Below, piece after piece: positions 48,534 to 60,167 of a stretch of 64,000 nt of DNA. The stretch comes from Anthoceros angustus (lineage: Eukaryota; Plantae; Anthocerotophyta): assembly GCA_010909165.1 (NCBI GenBank), contig MU008165.1, positions 1,798,001 through 1,862,000 on the forward strand. The letters are read 5' to 3'. Numbering within the stretch: the stretch's first letter is position 1; every line of letters starts with the position of its first letter. The notes beneath the pieces were generated by a model. That model ran no database searches. It was not told the origin of the DNA and saw nothing but the letters and a program-made list of their open reading frames with translations. A program made the translations under genes and the position numbers.

Positions 48534-48986
48534 GTATGTTTGTTGCATACATTGCACCAGTATATGCCATTTCTATTATGGTATAAAGTTTTTTAGTCAT
48601 TATTAGTGTTAATAAATTATACTAATTGATTACATAATATATATATCTCTTTTTATTCAATTTATATTTTATATTTAGCTGAGTAATTACCTAGCTAACC
48701 CACTACCCCGAGTCCCAAACTCCCGATACTACCGATAGAAATTTCGTAAGCGGCATTACATGGAAAGATGCCCACAAGAGATATACTACCACGTAATCGA
48801 ACTAAATCCGCTATTTGCCGTGCCGTGCCATGCAGAGTCTAAGCTAGACATTCATCGATCATAGGCTCACACGTGCGCTCGTCAACAAGCCCATGCCATA
48901 GCGAGCGTCTTTCCGATGCCCATATCTATGCCTCTGCCGTACATATTCATAAAATTATAATTTAATTTTAATCTAAACCTTTTTTT

Positions 48987-49290
48987 TTAATGCCAAGTAC
49001 CAACAAACGAGTTAGAAGGAATGCCACTGCGCAACGCATCGGCGTGCACTTTTCTGCCAGATTCCAAATCGGCTGCAAATGCGCATTGCTTGAAGGGCAG
49101 CAACAAAGACGTGAGCACCGCCTTCATCTCATGGGACAGCTGTATAGCCTCATTAGGTTTCCGATGTTTAGCATGGGCAGAGATTATGAAAGACCACGTG
49201 ACGGCATCTGATCTGCCCAAGCTGGTGAACACATCCATAGCCTCCTATAGCCTACCTCCGCATGCATGCATGCGCGAGAAAAGGCTCCCG
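48987..49290 (-). pseudogene. Degenerate PLS-PPR fragment
   Basis: EAMDVFTSLGRSDAVTWSFIISAHAKH..EAIQL..GRKVHA..NSFVG, ending at a stop followed by an A-run. Confidence 0.7.
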
Positions 49291-49568
49291 AAGTATGTAT
49301 GTCACTCGTATCTAAGTTTGACAGAGAGATCATGACTACTTTCGGCTTAGGATAGAAATGCCTATCTTGTTCCTGTTCTACTATTCAAATTGTATCAGCA
49401 AAGAACGGACAGAATTCGAGAGTGTCACTTGTGGAGCAGGAGGTGGAGCTCTTGCAACTACTGAAAGAATGAGCGTCGTTGAAGTTTCATCCCACTTCCC
49501 ACTATAATCTGAATCCACTGCCTCATATCTACACGTGTTTCAAGCCTGAGCTGCCAAACCTGAAAAAT

Positions 49569-50495
49569 CTAGTCTTGATGTAAGTCACTACCTAATCGGA
49601 TGGTAACACCGTCTGGATCACGCACATACCCTACTTTCTGGCCCCACTCCTTTTGCTCTGGTTGCGCTACGGGAGTAGCTCCGGATTCAACAGCATGCTG
49701 CAAGCCCACAATTCAAACCTAGAGTCAGACGTCTAAATCCCTGGAAGCACGCTCACCATGATAAGCAATGCCATGTGACCTTATCTACAAATAGGTTTGC
49801 AGCAAGATCCACAAGAGTTCAAGAGATGGGCATTGCCACCTTAAAAGCCGCATCCACGTCCTTGTAGGTGAAGTGGATTTCCACATTACCACGCTGCTCG
49901 TCTTTAGTCTGGGCGTGGATTCCACCCGTGATGCTTGCTTCTCTTTGCTCTAATGGCGTGAATGCCAGGGTTGTTGCCCCTGTCTCCAGTTCAGCCCATC
50001 TGCAGCGTGTACATAACTGTGAAGAAAGACCCACAGATCTCTGCAGCATTTCGAAAGACTGATAATTGTACTCCGCAGCTGTCTTGAACGACAGCTGCTT
50101 GGCGAAATTGGGTTACCGTCGACTGTCATCCACGCGACGAATGCCGACACCAAATGCCTTCTTGTAGAAATCTATCGCAGAACGAACGTCCTTGACATAC
50201 ACAATTGTGTAAGCAAATTTGGGAGCACCAATTGCCAAAGCTCCCGCCCCCGACATCTTCCTCGCTGCTTCCTCTGCTTGATTTCTCACTGCTGCCTGGA
50301 GAACAAGGGGACTTGAGAAGAAAACTTGAGAAACACTAGCCCGCTGCAGGGAAGGATGATGTGATCATTACAGCCAAGCTCGGGCCTCACCTGCCGATAA
50401 GGTCGGGCGTGAAGTGAGTCCACAGTGACGGTGGCTGCCAAGCGCTGCAATCGGATCCCTGCTCTGCGGACGGGACAGAGAGCTGGAGGTTTCAT
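49569..50495 (-). CDS. Glyoxalase I-like / VOC-family protein (At2g32090-like) with an N-terminal extension, 4 exons
   Basis: FAYTIVYVKDV..FYKKAFG..RRVDDSR|WAELETGATTLAFTP..DVDAAFK|HAVESGA..EWGQKVGYVRDPDG; stop at 49569-49571. Confidence 0.9.
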
Positions 50496-50672
50496 AAAAC
50501 AAGGAAAACTTCTGACAAACTCCACTCCAATTGCAAATCCAGCCTCAGGCAGGGCTCTTCAAATTGCACAGGACGACCCTGAGGGAATCAGTCTAGTGAT
50601 CCAAGCTGCAACGCAGAATCTTAACACTGCAGATGATCCAACGAACTTTGAAGCACAGGTGCACCAGGGTTT

Positions 50673-50950
50673 CATGCATGAGCGCCACGTGCTTCATGCA
50701 ACGTGGCACGCAATATAGCAGCCTGATGTCAGCCTGGTGTCCACTTCCCGGACTCCACCACTGCTGTAGCAAGTATCGGTCAAGCCAGGAACAGAGGGTA
50801 GAGCCCAGCTGGTTTGCTTCGACAGAATTGCTACATTTTCTACGAAGTTCGTTCACACTAGCTCTCTGGCGTGCAGATTTCCAGACTGGCGATGTCCAAT
50901 CTGACATTTCCGGCACTCACTAGCTGTGACTAGGACAGCCTACACGTGGC
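50673..50950. promoter_or_regulatory. ABRE/G-box and RY motif cluster upstream of the glyoxalase-like gene
   Basis: ACGTGGC at 50684-50690 (reverse), 50701-50707 and 50944-50950; CATGCATG at 50673 and CATGCA at 50695. Confidence 0.5.
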
Positions 50951-51734
50951 ATACATGTTTTTATGATCCTCCATGCCACTCCACATCTTCGTCCACGAGA
51001 GGAGAAATTTGAAGTGCTGCAGATTCAGCCTACCGGGTACTGTATCATTTTCCTTTGAAAGTTCCTATGGATACCCAGCAATTCGCGGACTCCAGGATGC
51101 AAGACATTTGATTCACCCTGAGGCTCGACCTCGGTCCATTCAAACAGTAGCTGACGATCAGAAAATGAGACCTGCAGGCAAAACTGGTCGGTGTACATAA
51201 TTGTTCCAAGGCCAAGCAATTAGAGATGGTAGACATGGCCAGCCGACTTCACACAATTGCAAAGTTCTATAATTCGTGACTGGTGATCTAGCCATTCTCG
51301 AAACACCCACAAAGGGCTTGCTTCCTATTCGAATTCCACCGCAGGAACCGTGCCCTGGGGCCTGCAGGTTGAAGCGATGTGAACCCACAAGCTAGTTGTG
51401 GCTCGTCTGGTGGTCTGAGCTGGTCGGCCTGGTGTCACCATTCGATTAGGGTGTGAATCACAAGTGAATGTCTCTGCCTTTGCTGTCCAAAATGTAAACT
51501 AGCCGCCTTCTACTCGGAAAGTTAAACCTAAACTGCCCAGTCAACAACCACTCGGTCGGATAAACTGGGTTTTGGCCTTCCTTGCCAGGGGAAGATGACA
51601 AAGGAAATGCCAAGAAGATGATCAACGAGCACTTACAAATTCCGGGAGTCTCTTCTGTTCTTACAGCTTCTCAGATGGAACATTTGGATCTGATTTGGTG
51701 CATGACTCGCCTGTTGTGGCAGTAATCCGGCAAG

Positions 51735-53541
51735 ATGGTGATGCACAAGACGTTGAAGCTGCTGAACTTTGTCATCACCTTGGCAGGAGCGACGATGATA
51801 TATTATGCTTGGGGGATGTACAAACTGTGGCATCCAGAAAAACCACCCCAACCTTTGCACTATGGTTGGAAGCCTGTATTTCATGGCACAGACAGATTTC
51901 CAAGGTGGCCAGTTGCTCACAATAACTTCAGCGGGTCTGCTGTCGTTCAGATAGCTGCCAAGAGACCGCAGACCTGGTGAGTAAGTGGCTGCACGATGCA
52001 CAACCCACAGCTGCTGCTGTGTCAACCCTGTGAAAGCTGGTCAAAGAGAATTGGAGAACCCTAAACACGGACATGCATTGGCTTGGAGCTGAGTCGCATG
52101 TTTGCATGCATGGTGCAGGTTCATTTTGGCTGTTCTGATTGTTGGAATCGTGACCTGCCTGACTTCCTCTGCAGGCCATGTTGCGGCTGAAACGTCTAAT
52201 AACAAGCTCCTTGTATGCGTATCCATGACCTCTAGAACATTTGGGTTGAGATTTGCACAGGTCATTTTCTTTCTGAGGCTACTTTTTGTCAGCAGGTGGT
52301 AGAAAAATGAAGGTGGGCTTGGCCTTGATCAAGCCACAGTATAGTGTGTTGCTCGGAGCGCTCCTCATGTCGGAGACTGTCCTGGGAAGCTTCCTGTTCT
52401 TTGACGTAAACTGGCATGATGTGAGTGCGTTATGGCAGATGATCGCCTCTCCCTTTGAGGAAAATTTTGGAACCTGGCACTCTCATGTAATCCGCTGATA
52501 TGCTCCTCTCTTACGTGGCCAAATCCTTCAGGCTCTACCTTACGATCCCACAGGAGAGGTAGATGCATTGGCAGCCTTTGTGACTGATCACCTTCAGCTT
52601 TGCAAGACTATAGCTTGGAGTTTCATAGCTTTGGAAGTAAGTTTATTGCGCAAATCAGACATCAGCTGATAAATTCCATCTATGGTGCCCATTCTTCCTC
52701 AAACATGCCAACCAGCCGCCGCTGTTTACTATGAGCAGGGTCAGTGTATCTTTTTAGCTCTGCGGCTGCTCGTTGATGGAGATGACTCTGCCGAATCAGA
52801 GACGCATGACAGTACCGACAGTGAATCAGTTGCACGGATGGCTGCTCTACAGGAGTCATTCCTCCATGATCCTGTAGGACATCCGCAAGGTGGTCGAAAG
52901 CCGCCCTGGAGCAAAGGGCAGCACGTTCCAAATGACTCGAAGGTACGTATGCAGCCTCCAGTTCATGAGAATTTGCACAACCTGCTGCCTTCGTCATCCG
53001 TAATCGGTACAGGTGATGCTGGCCGGTGCACCAAACCAACCTTGGAGTCCCATGAAGCCCAAGCCAAGAGATCGATACGAAGGGAGTAGGTCACAGCATG
53101 ATGAAAGGACAATTCGACGTTCAGACTCTCAACTCCGGACACACATTGGTAACCTTCCACAGTTCGTTGTTTCACATGCTGATGGTCAATATCATGCTCG
53201 TACAAGCTACAGATATCAGCATCCTGTGTTGTTCCACATGGAAGTTGTTCCCTCAGATATCAGACTTTCCTCTGGTAGGCATAGGTCCGATGACCATTGA
53301 GAGAAAGAACATGTCCAAGGGGAAGGCAGTCACCTATCCCTCCACCTCCAAAAGTCTCTGGCAAGACCATGAGGAGGAGAGGAGCTTGAGTGGTGTATCG
53401 TGGACAGACCTATTTGTTGATGCAGGTGATGAGGACGAGTACCCGCTTCCAGGACAAGATGCGACTCAACAGACTGATCTTGAGGAGGCTGATGAACTCA
53501 CAGACGAAGACGCAAGCCAGGAAAATGAGTATCCAGTTTAG
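51735..53541 (+). CDS. Divergent TOM2A-like tetraspanin paralog; 3' end uncertain (53300 or 53541)
   Basis: KTLKLLNFVITLAG..W|FILAVLIVG..GHVAAE|YSVLLGALL..FFDVNWHD|ALPYDPTGE..FVTDHLQLCK, with the same exon layout as the neighbouring TOM2A. Confidence 0.8.
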
Positions 53542-54131
53542 GACATCACAGTGGAGAAGACTGTTTTCCTCCTGCTGTTAGCGTCGAAGTTTGTTCGAAA
53601 GTGTACTTGACTTACAAAAGGTCAAGGCTTCACAGATAACAAGCAACGCAAAATCTTCGTAGTTTATTTATCACTATGCAAACACTACACACTATGACTA
53701 TGCAACATCAAAGCTGCAATGTACCCGTCCAGCTACGCATTCCGTTCTACCCGGTTAGGAACAGTGGTCACTGGTGAAACCATAGCTTTGTGAAGCACAG
53801 ACTTTTACAAGCTGTACAGATCTCTGCGCAGCTATAGAGATACATGCATCTGCACGATTGTTCCTAATCATAGCTGACCAAAGAAGGTGTCAAGGGAACT
53901 ACTGCTCCAGACAGCTGTTACAACTGATGATCAGCGAATTACTTGTACAGACATCACCACGTAGAACCACAAAACCAGGCAAGTTTTTGGGTCCCCCTCA
54001 CTACATCTCCACCTGCTGAATCCTGCCTATTCAGAAACAGTCGACCATGAGAACCACCAGCAGAGAACAATGAGCTTATGTTCCTGCCTTGCATTTCCCA
54101 CTGAGCCACAACGGTACAGCAAACTGACCAT

Positions 54132-55762
54132 CTACATGATTGTGCACCATCCCTTCTTCTCCTCCGTAGCTGATGCAGCCTGCTGGGGAAACCTCCTGGA
54201 TTCTGATGGGTTGTAGGTGAACTCTGTGGTATCAAGACCATACTGCAGCACAGAAAACAAAGGAGGTGAGCAACCTGCAATGTTGATAATCAAACAAGTC
54301 CTCCAGAATAAACACCCTCGCCTTTTGAGTCTCACCTTCTCTCGCATTCTGGTGCTCCAGGCATCAGTCCTCGCCGGGCGACTTCCTTCTGCAGGTGCAG
54401 CAGCTGCACCATTGGCCTGAGTAGCCTGCCTGTTCAGAAGAGGCTGACGAGCCCCTGATCTGGGGGCCAGGAAGTCGTCATCACTGTCATACCCAGTTCT
54501 CCTGGCTGCCCCTGAGAGTGAGCGGAGGATCATAGCCAGCAACAACCCGAGCACCTGGTGTCACAAACCACAGCCAGCAGTCAGCTCGGTTTGTCAGACA
54601 GCTAAGCCTGATTCCTCACATAACAATGGGCAGCCATACAGACAACTGCTCATCAAGAAGCTCCACAAGCGAAGGTGCAAAATCAGTTACCTCGATGACC
54701 ACAACTGCTAAAGCAGTCCACTTGCAGATGTCGAAGTTGTCATCCACAAACTTCCTGATTTTGTCCAGCTCTCCAGTGGGGTCATCAGGAATGTCCTGGA
54801 GGTGCCATACCAGAGCAGGACCCGTGAGGCAACAAGGCGTGAGGAGAATGCCACACAACAAAGCAGATAAGAGTAAGAAGAATGCCAAGCCCGAAGTCAG
54901 TCACAACCTTGTACCAATTTTCATCGAAGAATATTGCTGCCGCTGCTGCAGCTTGCAAGATGAGCAAGACCCCAAGGCAGAAAGTGTACTAGCGGCATTA
55001 AGAAGCAACCATGTGTCACAACAACAAATCACCTATACAAAAAAACTCCACATCCGGCATAACAGCATCAAACATTGTTGTGGAGCAAGGATACGCAAGA
55101 GAGGCAGCAAGCACTGGTGATTTCAGCAGCAATATGCCCCGTGATTGTGATGAGACAGGTAAGAGTTCCAACTCCCAGGAATACATAGATGAACCTGTGC
55201 ACACAAGCACGCAAGAGCATGAGATAACACGAATGATGGCTTCACTCCAAAGAGCCGTACATACATAACAACCAGCTCACCAGTGCCATACATCACGAGG
55301 CATCAAGGGCCCGAAAGAAGCTGCAACACCATCACCAGCACACCAAAAGGAGCCAAAAACCGTCGAATCCACTCACCAAGGAGCCGGTAGATTCTTGGGG
55401 AACAAGGAAAATGTGAGCTTGCTACTGGAGGCCATGACGAAGAGGGGCCTCTTGGACAGCCAGACATCCTCCTGCTTCGAGTCCCTGAGCGGCAGGCCAT
55501 CCACACCCTCCTCGGGCACCGCCTGCTCCACCACACCCTCCACAAACGGGACATCCACGCCCAGGGGCATCTGCAAGCTGCCCCCCGAGACTGCAACCGC
55601 GCTGGGCCCGAACGCCGGCAGGGGCGCATCGTCCTGGTGCGGGACGTGGACGTACCATTGATTCAGCGCCCACAGCGAGTACAGGATGATCCCGGCGCCT
55701 ACCAGGGTGAGCAGGAAATTGAGCACCTTGAGAGTGCACTGCAGAAACCCCACGCACGCCAT
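54132..55762 (-). CDS. TOM2A: Tobamovirus multiplication protein 2A-like tetraspanin, 6 exons
   Basis: MACVGFLQCTLKVLNF..LPAPW|FIYVFLGVG..GHIAAE..CLSC|Y..FFDENW|DIPDDPTGELDKI..DICKW|..YDSDDD..RQPLL..DAWSTRMREK|YGLDTTEFTYNPS..GWCTIM. Confidence 0.92.
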
Positions 55763-55999
55763 CGCTCCAGTCCCAGCACCAGCTCCTGCCCGATCCTCGA
55801 TCCGAATTCGCTCCCTCACGATCTTTCCTCCCTAAATCCACAACCACTCCCGCATTCTCAAGCCCAGGGTTCCGCGAATTCCCGATCCGGCCTCGCTTCC
55901 ATTCACCCGCTTCCGGAGCAGGAAAGGGAGCAAGGAAGGAAGGCTGAATTCCCCCGGAACCCAAACCCCGTTGGGGAGCCCAGCTGCGGGCGGCGCTGG

Positions 56000-56046
56000 C
56001 CGAGGTCGAGGTCGAGGTCGAGGTCGAGGACGAGGTCGAGGACTCG
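56000..56046. repeat. (GAGGTC)n hexamer microsatellite
   Basis: About 7 copies, directly visible. Confidence 0.9.
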
Positions 56047-56652
56047 GGAGCGGGGGTGGTAGAGGCGTGTGGAGACGGGTGGTCGGCGGACGGCGCAGCA
56101 ATGACGGAAGATCCCGGGCCGGGAAGCCTAGAAGCAGCGACAGCCGGGGGCCATAGCAAGCGCGGGACACTGATTGAGCAGCAAGCCAGAGAGTCCAGCA
56201 GGCAGGCCCAAGATGAAGGACGGCGCTGTCGTGGACAGCATCGCCCACCAAACGTTTCTTTCCTTCCTGCCTTACCCGCCACCCTCCCGTTTCTTCTTTC
56301 ATTTGCAATTTCAAATTGGGATCCGGATAATCTCCTCCCCGCCTTCTGAAATGACTGACAATATATCGGACACAAATGCAAGTAGGTATGCAGACACCGG
56401 CGATACTCGATCCGCAATCCATGTACATATGTATTTGCACATAGGTCATGTATTTAGACCAGGCACAGCACTCATTATTTAATGTTTTATTTTCCTTTAT
56501 TATTTTTTATTCTAGTTTTCTTGGTCTGAAACAATATGAGGTTAAATATTAGCGACTATTCACAGCCGACTGTTGGAAGATGTTTACAGTCAATTTATAT
56601 AATTTACAGTTCGTACACCATTCATGTCATCGAGAACACAACTGTCTCATGG

Positions 56653-56841
56653 AGAACTGAACGGTCATGCCTGTGTGACACTGAAGATTCCTACGGATTG
56701 GCAATTCGCCTAAAGTGAACTGAACGGTCATGCCTATGTGACACTGAAGATTCCTACGGATTGGCAATTCGCCCAAAGTGAACTGAATGGTCATGTCTAT
56801 GTGACACTGCAGATTCCTACGGATTGGCAATTCGCCCGAAT
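56653..56841. repeat. 63 bp tandem repeat x3
   Basis: GAACTGAACGGTCATGCC..GATTCCTACGGATTGGCAATTCGCC units. Confidence 0.92.
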
Positions 56842-58450
56842 TGGCACCCGTTCAGTTTCATAGTTCAGTTATACGAACCGTATGCCTACTAGACAGTTCA
56901 GCTCCAACTTGGACGATTCATCTTTGAGATTGAATTGAACTGTTATACAAACTGTAAATGACAAACCATGATCCCACGGACATGCCATCAAACTGAACTG
57001 CTATACATAGAAATTAGCCAAGTCATCTGTTTGAGACCCAACTACGATCTTCATTTTTTTTTTGCACGTATTTCATTGTATCTGAGGCCAAATCTCAACT
57101 CTTTTTTGCATATAGGGTTTTGTGCCCAACATCTCGGCAAGTCAACCAGTTATCAATTGGCTCATACCTTAAAGACCAATGGAGCCACAATCTAAATTGT
57201 TGATCATGTTGCTTTTGCAGACTTATGTGGTCATCTTGAATGTATGTATTCATAAGCTTATGTTTGGTTAACAGAGGCCATTTGGCTATGTTGGGCTAGG
57301 ATTTAAACAGAGAAAGATGTCTAATGATGATTACGATGATGAGGTTCTAAATTTAAGTAAGCATCTCTTCATGTGTGTGAATTAGTTGCATAACATGGTG
57401 GTAGCAAAGTATATCTCCCTATGCCAAGATTCAGGTTGGTAGGTAAAAGAAAGAAGCAACACATGGTTTTGGCGCTTTTTGATGAGCAAGGATGGAGATT
57501 CGAATGCTTTGAGATGGAAGAGATTGATAACGATGAACCCTCCTAGGTTTTTTCATGTGCTTGAGCAGGTCCGGCCATTGGAGACGCACTACCACAAGAG
57601 ATAGCTTTGAGCCTAGGTTCCTAGTGTTCAAGGAGCTCGCAGAGCCCGCAGGAGCCCGCCCACCCTCAGCCCGCCCCACCCTCAGCCTGCCCACCACTGA
57701 CGTACAAACGAGAAATTTGTACGAGATGAAGCACGCTGGTGTTCAAAATGTAACGTGTGCAACGTAAAACTAAATTTTTTAACCTCATAGTTGGTCGAAC
57801 CTTGGGTTTTTTGCGCCAATTTAGTTCGGCCTTTGAATTGATTTAAACCGAACGGAGCTCTAATCATTACCTGCTTATGTCAACGAACTGACTGCCATGT
57901 TGGATCCTGTCTGGTATAGGAGAAATATGTAAAAGAGAGCAAAAATCCACGTGTAATATAAGGAGGAGAAAGTTATTATAAATGAAATTAAGAAGTAACT
58001 ATAGACTTATATTACAATTACTAGGTAGTATTATATTTTCCTTGAAATTTAATGATTTTATCATTTTTAATGTATTTTAATCATTTGGTCAAGTATATCT
58101 ATCTAGATAGTACTTGGTTTGTGGTTGTTACAATTCCGTATGCCTCAATAGCCATGACATAGTTACACCTACGTGAAAGCCTTTCATACAAACTGGCCAC
58201 AATGGAGTCCTCGTGCTCCATGCCACTCACGACACTCAAAACTATCATGCTCTTCAATCATCTAGACCAGCCAAGGGCTCTCATGCTCGGGATCACTTTT
58301 ATCGGAGAAGTCGTGCTCTTCATATTCAGAACTTAGGGCTCAGGCTCTCAGAATTTTCGTAGTTATCAAGGGCCCTCGTACTCGAATTTTCTCTAACCAA
58401 GTTCGTGAGGACATCTATATTCTAACCTGTCAACTATGCCTTCAAAAATA

Positions 58451-58626
58451 GAAAATCACAGGTTTCTTTACATTCTAAAGAGGTTTTTCTTGTGATTTCT
58501 TTACATTCTAAAGAGGTTTTTCTTGTGATTTCTTTACATTCTAAAGAGGTTTTTCTTGTGATTTCTTTACATTCTAAAGAGGTTTTTCTGCTTGCTCTTT
58601 AGAGTGTAAAGAAACCTATGATTTTC
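58451..58626. mobile_element. MITE with 32 bp TIRs and TA flanks (Tc1/mariner-like), containing internal 33 bp tandem copies
   Basis: GAAAATCACAGGTTTCTTTACATTCTAAAGAG versus the reverse complement of 58595-58626 (2 mismatches), flanked by TA. Confidence 0.7.
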
Positions 58627-58640
58627 TAAACCTGCCAGCA

Positions 58641-58730
58641 TGACAATTTTGCAATAGACTTCAAAGGTGTTGACAATTTTGCAATAGACTTCAAAGGTGT
58701 TGACAATTTTGCAATAGACTTCAAAGGTGT
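58641..58730. repeat. 30 bp tandem repeat x3
   Basis: TGACAATTTTGCAATAGACTTCAAAGGTGT at 58641, 58671 and 58701. Confidence 0.95.
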
Positions 58731-58892
58731 GCCAAACCAACCCACACTTGTAGACGACGGCCCTTCTCTTCAGATCCTTGTAGTTGCCCAGGTAGGAGCG
58801 GACTCATCCAAACCTTCATACAATGCAATCCATGAGCGATGACAGGTTACCCAGCATGGCCATCAAGGTGCAGCAAGACCAAGCAGAAGGCC

Positions 58893-59044
58893 GGTGGAGA
58901 CAATTGCTCAATTGGCTTAAGAAATTCCACGGTGGAGACAATTGCTCAATTGGATCAAGAAATTCCATGGTGGAGACAATTGCTCAATTGGCTTATGAAA
59001 TCCCACGGTGGAGATAATTGCTCAATGGGCTCAAGAAATTCTAG
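58893..59044. repeat. 38 bp tandem repeat x4, possibly inside an LTR-like segment ending near 59470
   Basis: GGTGGAGACAATTGCTCAATTGGCTTAAGAAATTCCAC at 58893, 58931, 58969 and 59007; no spacers. Confidence 0.92.
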
Positions 59045-60167
59045 CTACCATCTGCAAACATAGAACTCATCGTAGATCAAGACATTAAGAAGGCCTATGT
59101 GAACAAAGCTTGAAGGAACAAACCACTAAAGGGTGACAAAGCCTTTTACATTCATAACATCAAACCCACGGAACACATCGGCGGTACCGATTACACGAAA
59201 GGATGGACGCAATGAACTTGAAAAATCGATCAGGTATGTATCACTAAATCTCAAACTCATTTGATAACCGATCATTGGACAGCCCTCATGATCCAACTCA
59301 CTATCCCAACTCATCAGCAAGCATATCAAAGGGAACCCCCATCTTCACTGCCTACCTACAAACCAATGAAGAAAACAGAGCAAGAAATCAACAAGACTCA
59401 AGATCACAAAATTTACCAACCTAAACACTATATTTGAATAAAAGCCCTGTGTGTGTGGAACCCCGCTGACATGGGACATGATGAATATAACGCTATATTA
59501 ATAAAAATTATTTAGATATAATTATCTTTCAATAAATATTCTACTATTTTAAAACTGTCCATGGGCAGCGGAATGTGGTACCAGAGTTGCAAATACATAT
59601 ATGTACATTGCTTCCTGCTACATATGGAGGGACCTGGCGGCTCCGGAAAACCCTACGGTGCACCGCGTGCAGGCTCTAGGCCACATGGCTATTCGCGGTG
59701 GACCCAACACCTGGCACCAGACGCGTGGAGATGGTGGTGGTGGACATCGGAACAAAAATCTAACATGGTGCAGTATTTTATGTCGTAGTGCTTGGGCGGT
59801 TCATGTCGGGCTTTCAGGAGCAACTGAGACTTCTGGCTTTGATACCTCGGGTATTCAGATGCGCCGATGAGGGCTTTTCAATTGATGCCCATGATCAAGC
59901 TTCGGTGGTCTTGGATTGTGAGTGGTTGCACGCTCCCGCAGAAGCGAGAAGGCTACAACATATTCTGCATGCCCTCACAAATTCTCGGATCTGTTGACCG
60001 AACTATGGGAGCGCGATTCAGGGCTCACGTTTTGACTGTTCTATCAGCCGGGTGCTGCAAGGATGGGCCACACTTGCGCAGGCCAGCTTAGAGGTGTCGG
60101 AGCTGCCGGCCTTTTGATCGTGAATCTTCACGAGCCTTTTCCTTCCCATCACAGATTCCCTGCCATC

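Noticed and set aside
48800-48850. Helitron 3' end after the kinase (GC-rich run then CTAG)
   Set aside because: No clear hairpin, and CTAG is followed by A rather than T.
50593-51400. Several 60-110 aa ORFs between the glyoxalase-like and tetraspanin genes
   Set aside because: No recognisable domain or consistent splice structure; probably promoter or UTR.
55832-56449. RG/RP-repeat ORFs
   Set aside because: Produced by the hexamer microsatellite in a GC-rich promoter region.
56653-56841. 63 bp repeats as CRISPR or ncRNA
   Set aside because: Plain tandem array with no unique spacers.
58893-59044. 38 bp palindromic repeats resembling a CRISPR array
   Set aside because: Contiguous units with no spacers, no cas genes, eukaryotic context.
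59620-60000. GPGGSGK P-loop-like motif (Helitron helicase?)
   Set aside because: Following sequence shows no helicase motifs and all frames close quickly; at most a degenerate fragment.
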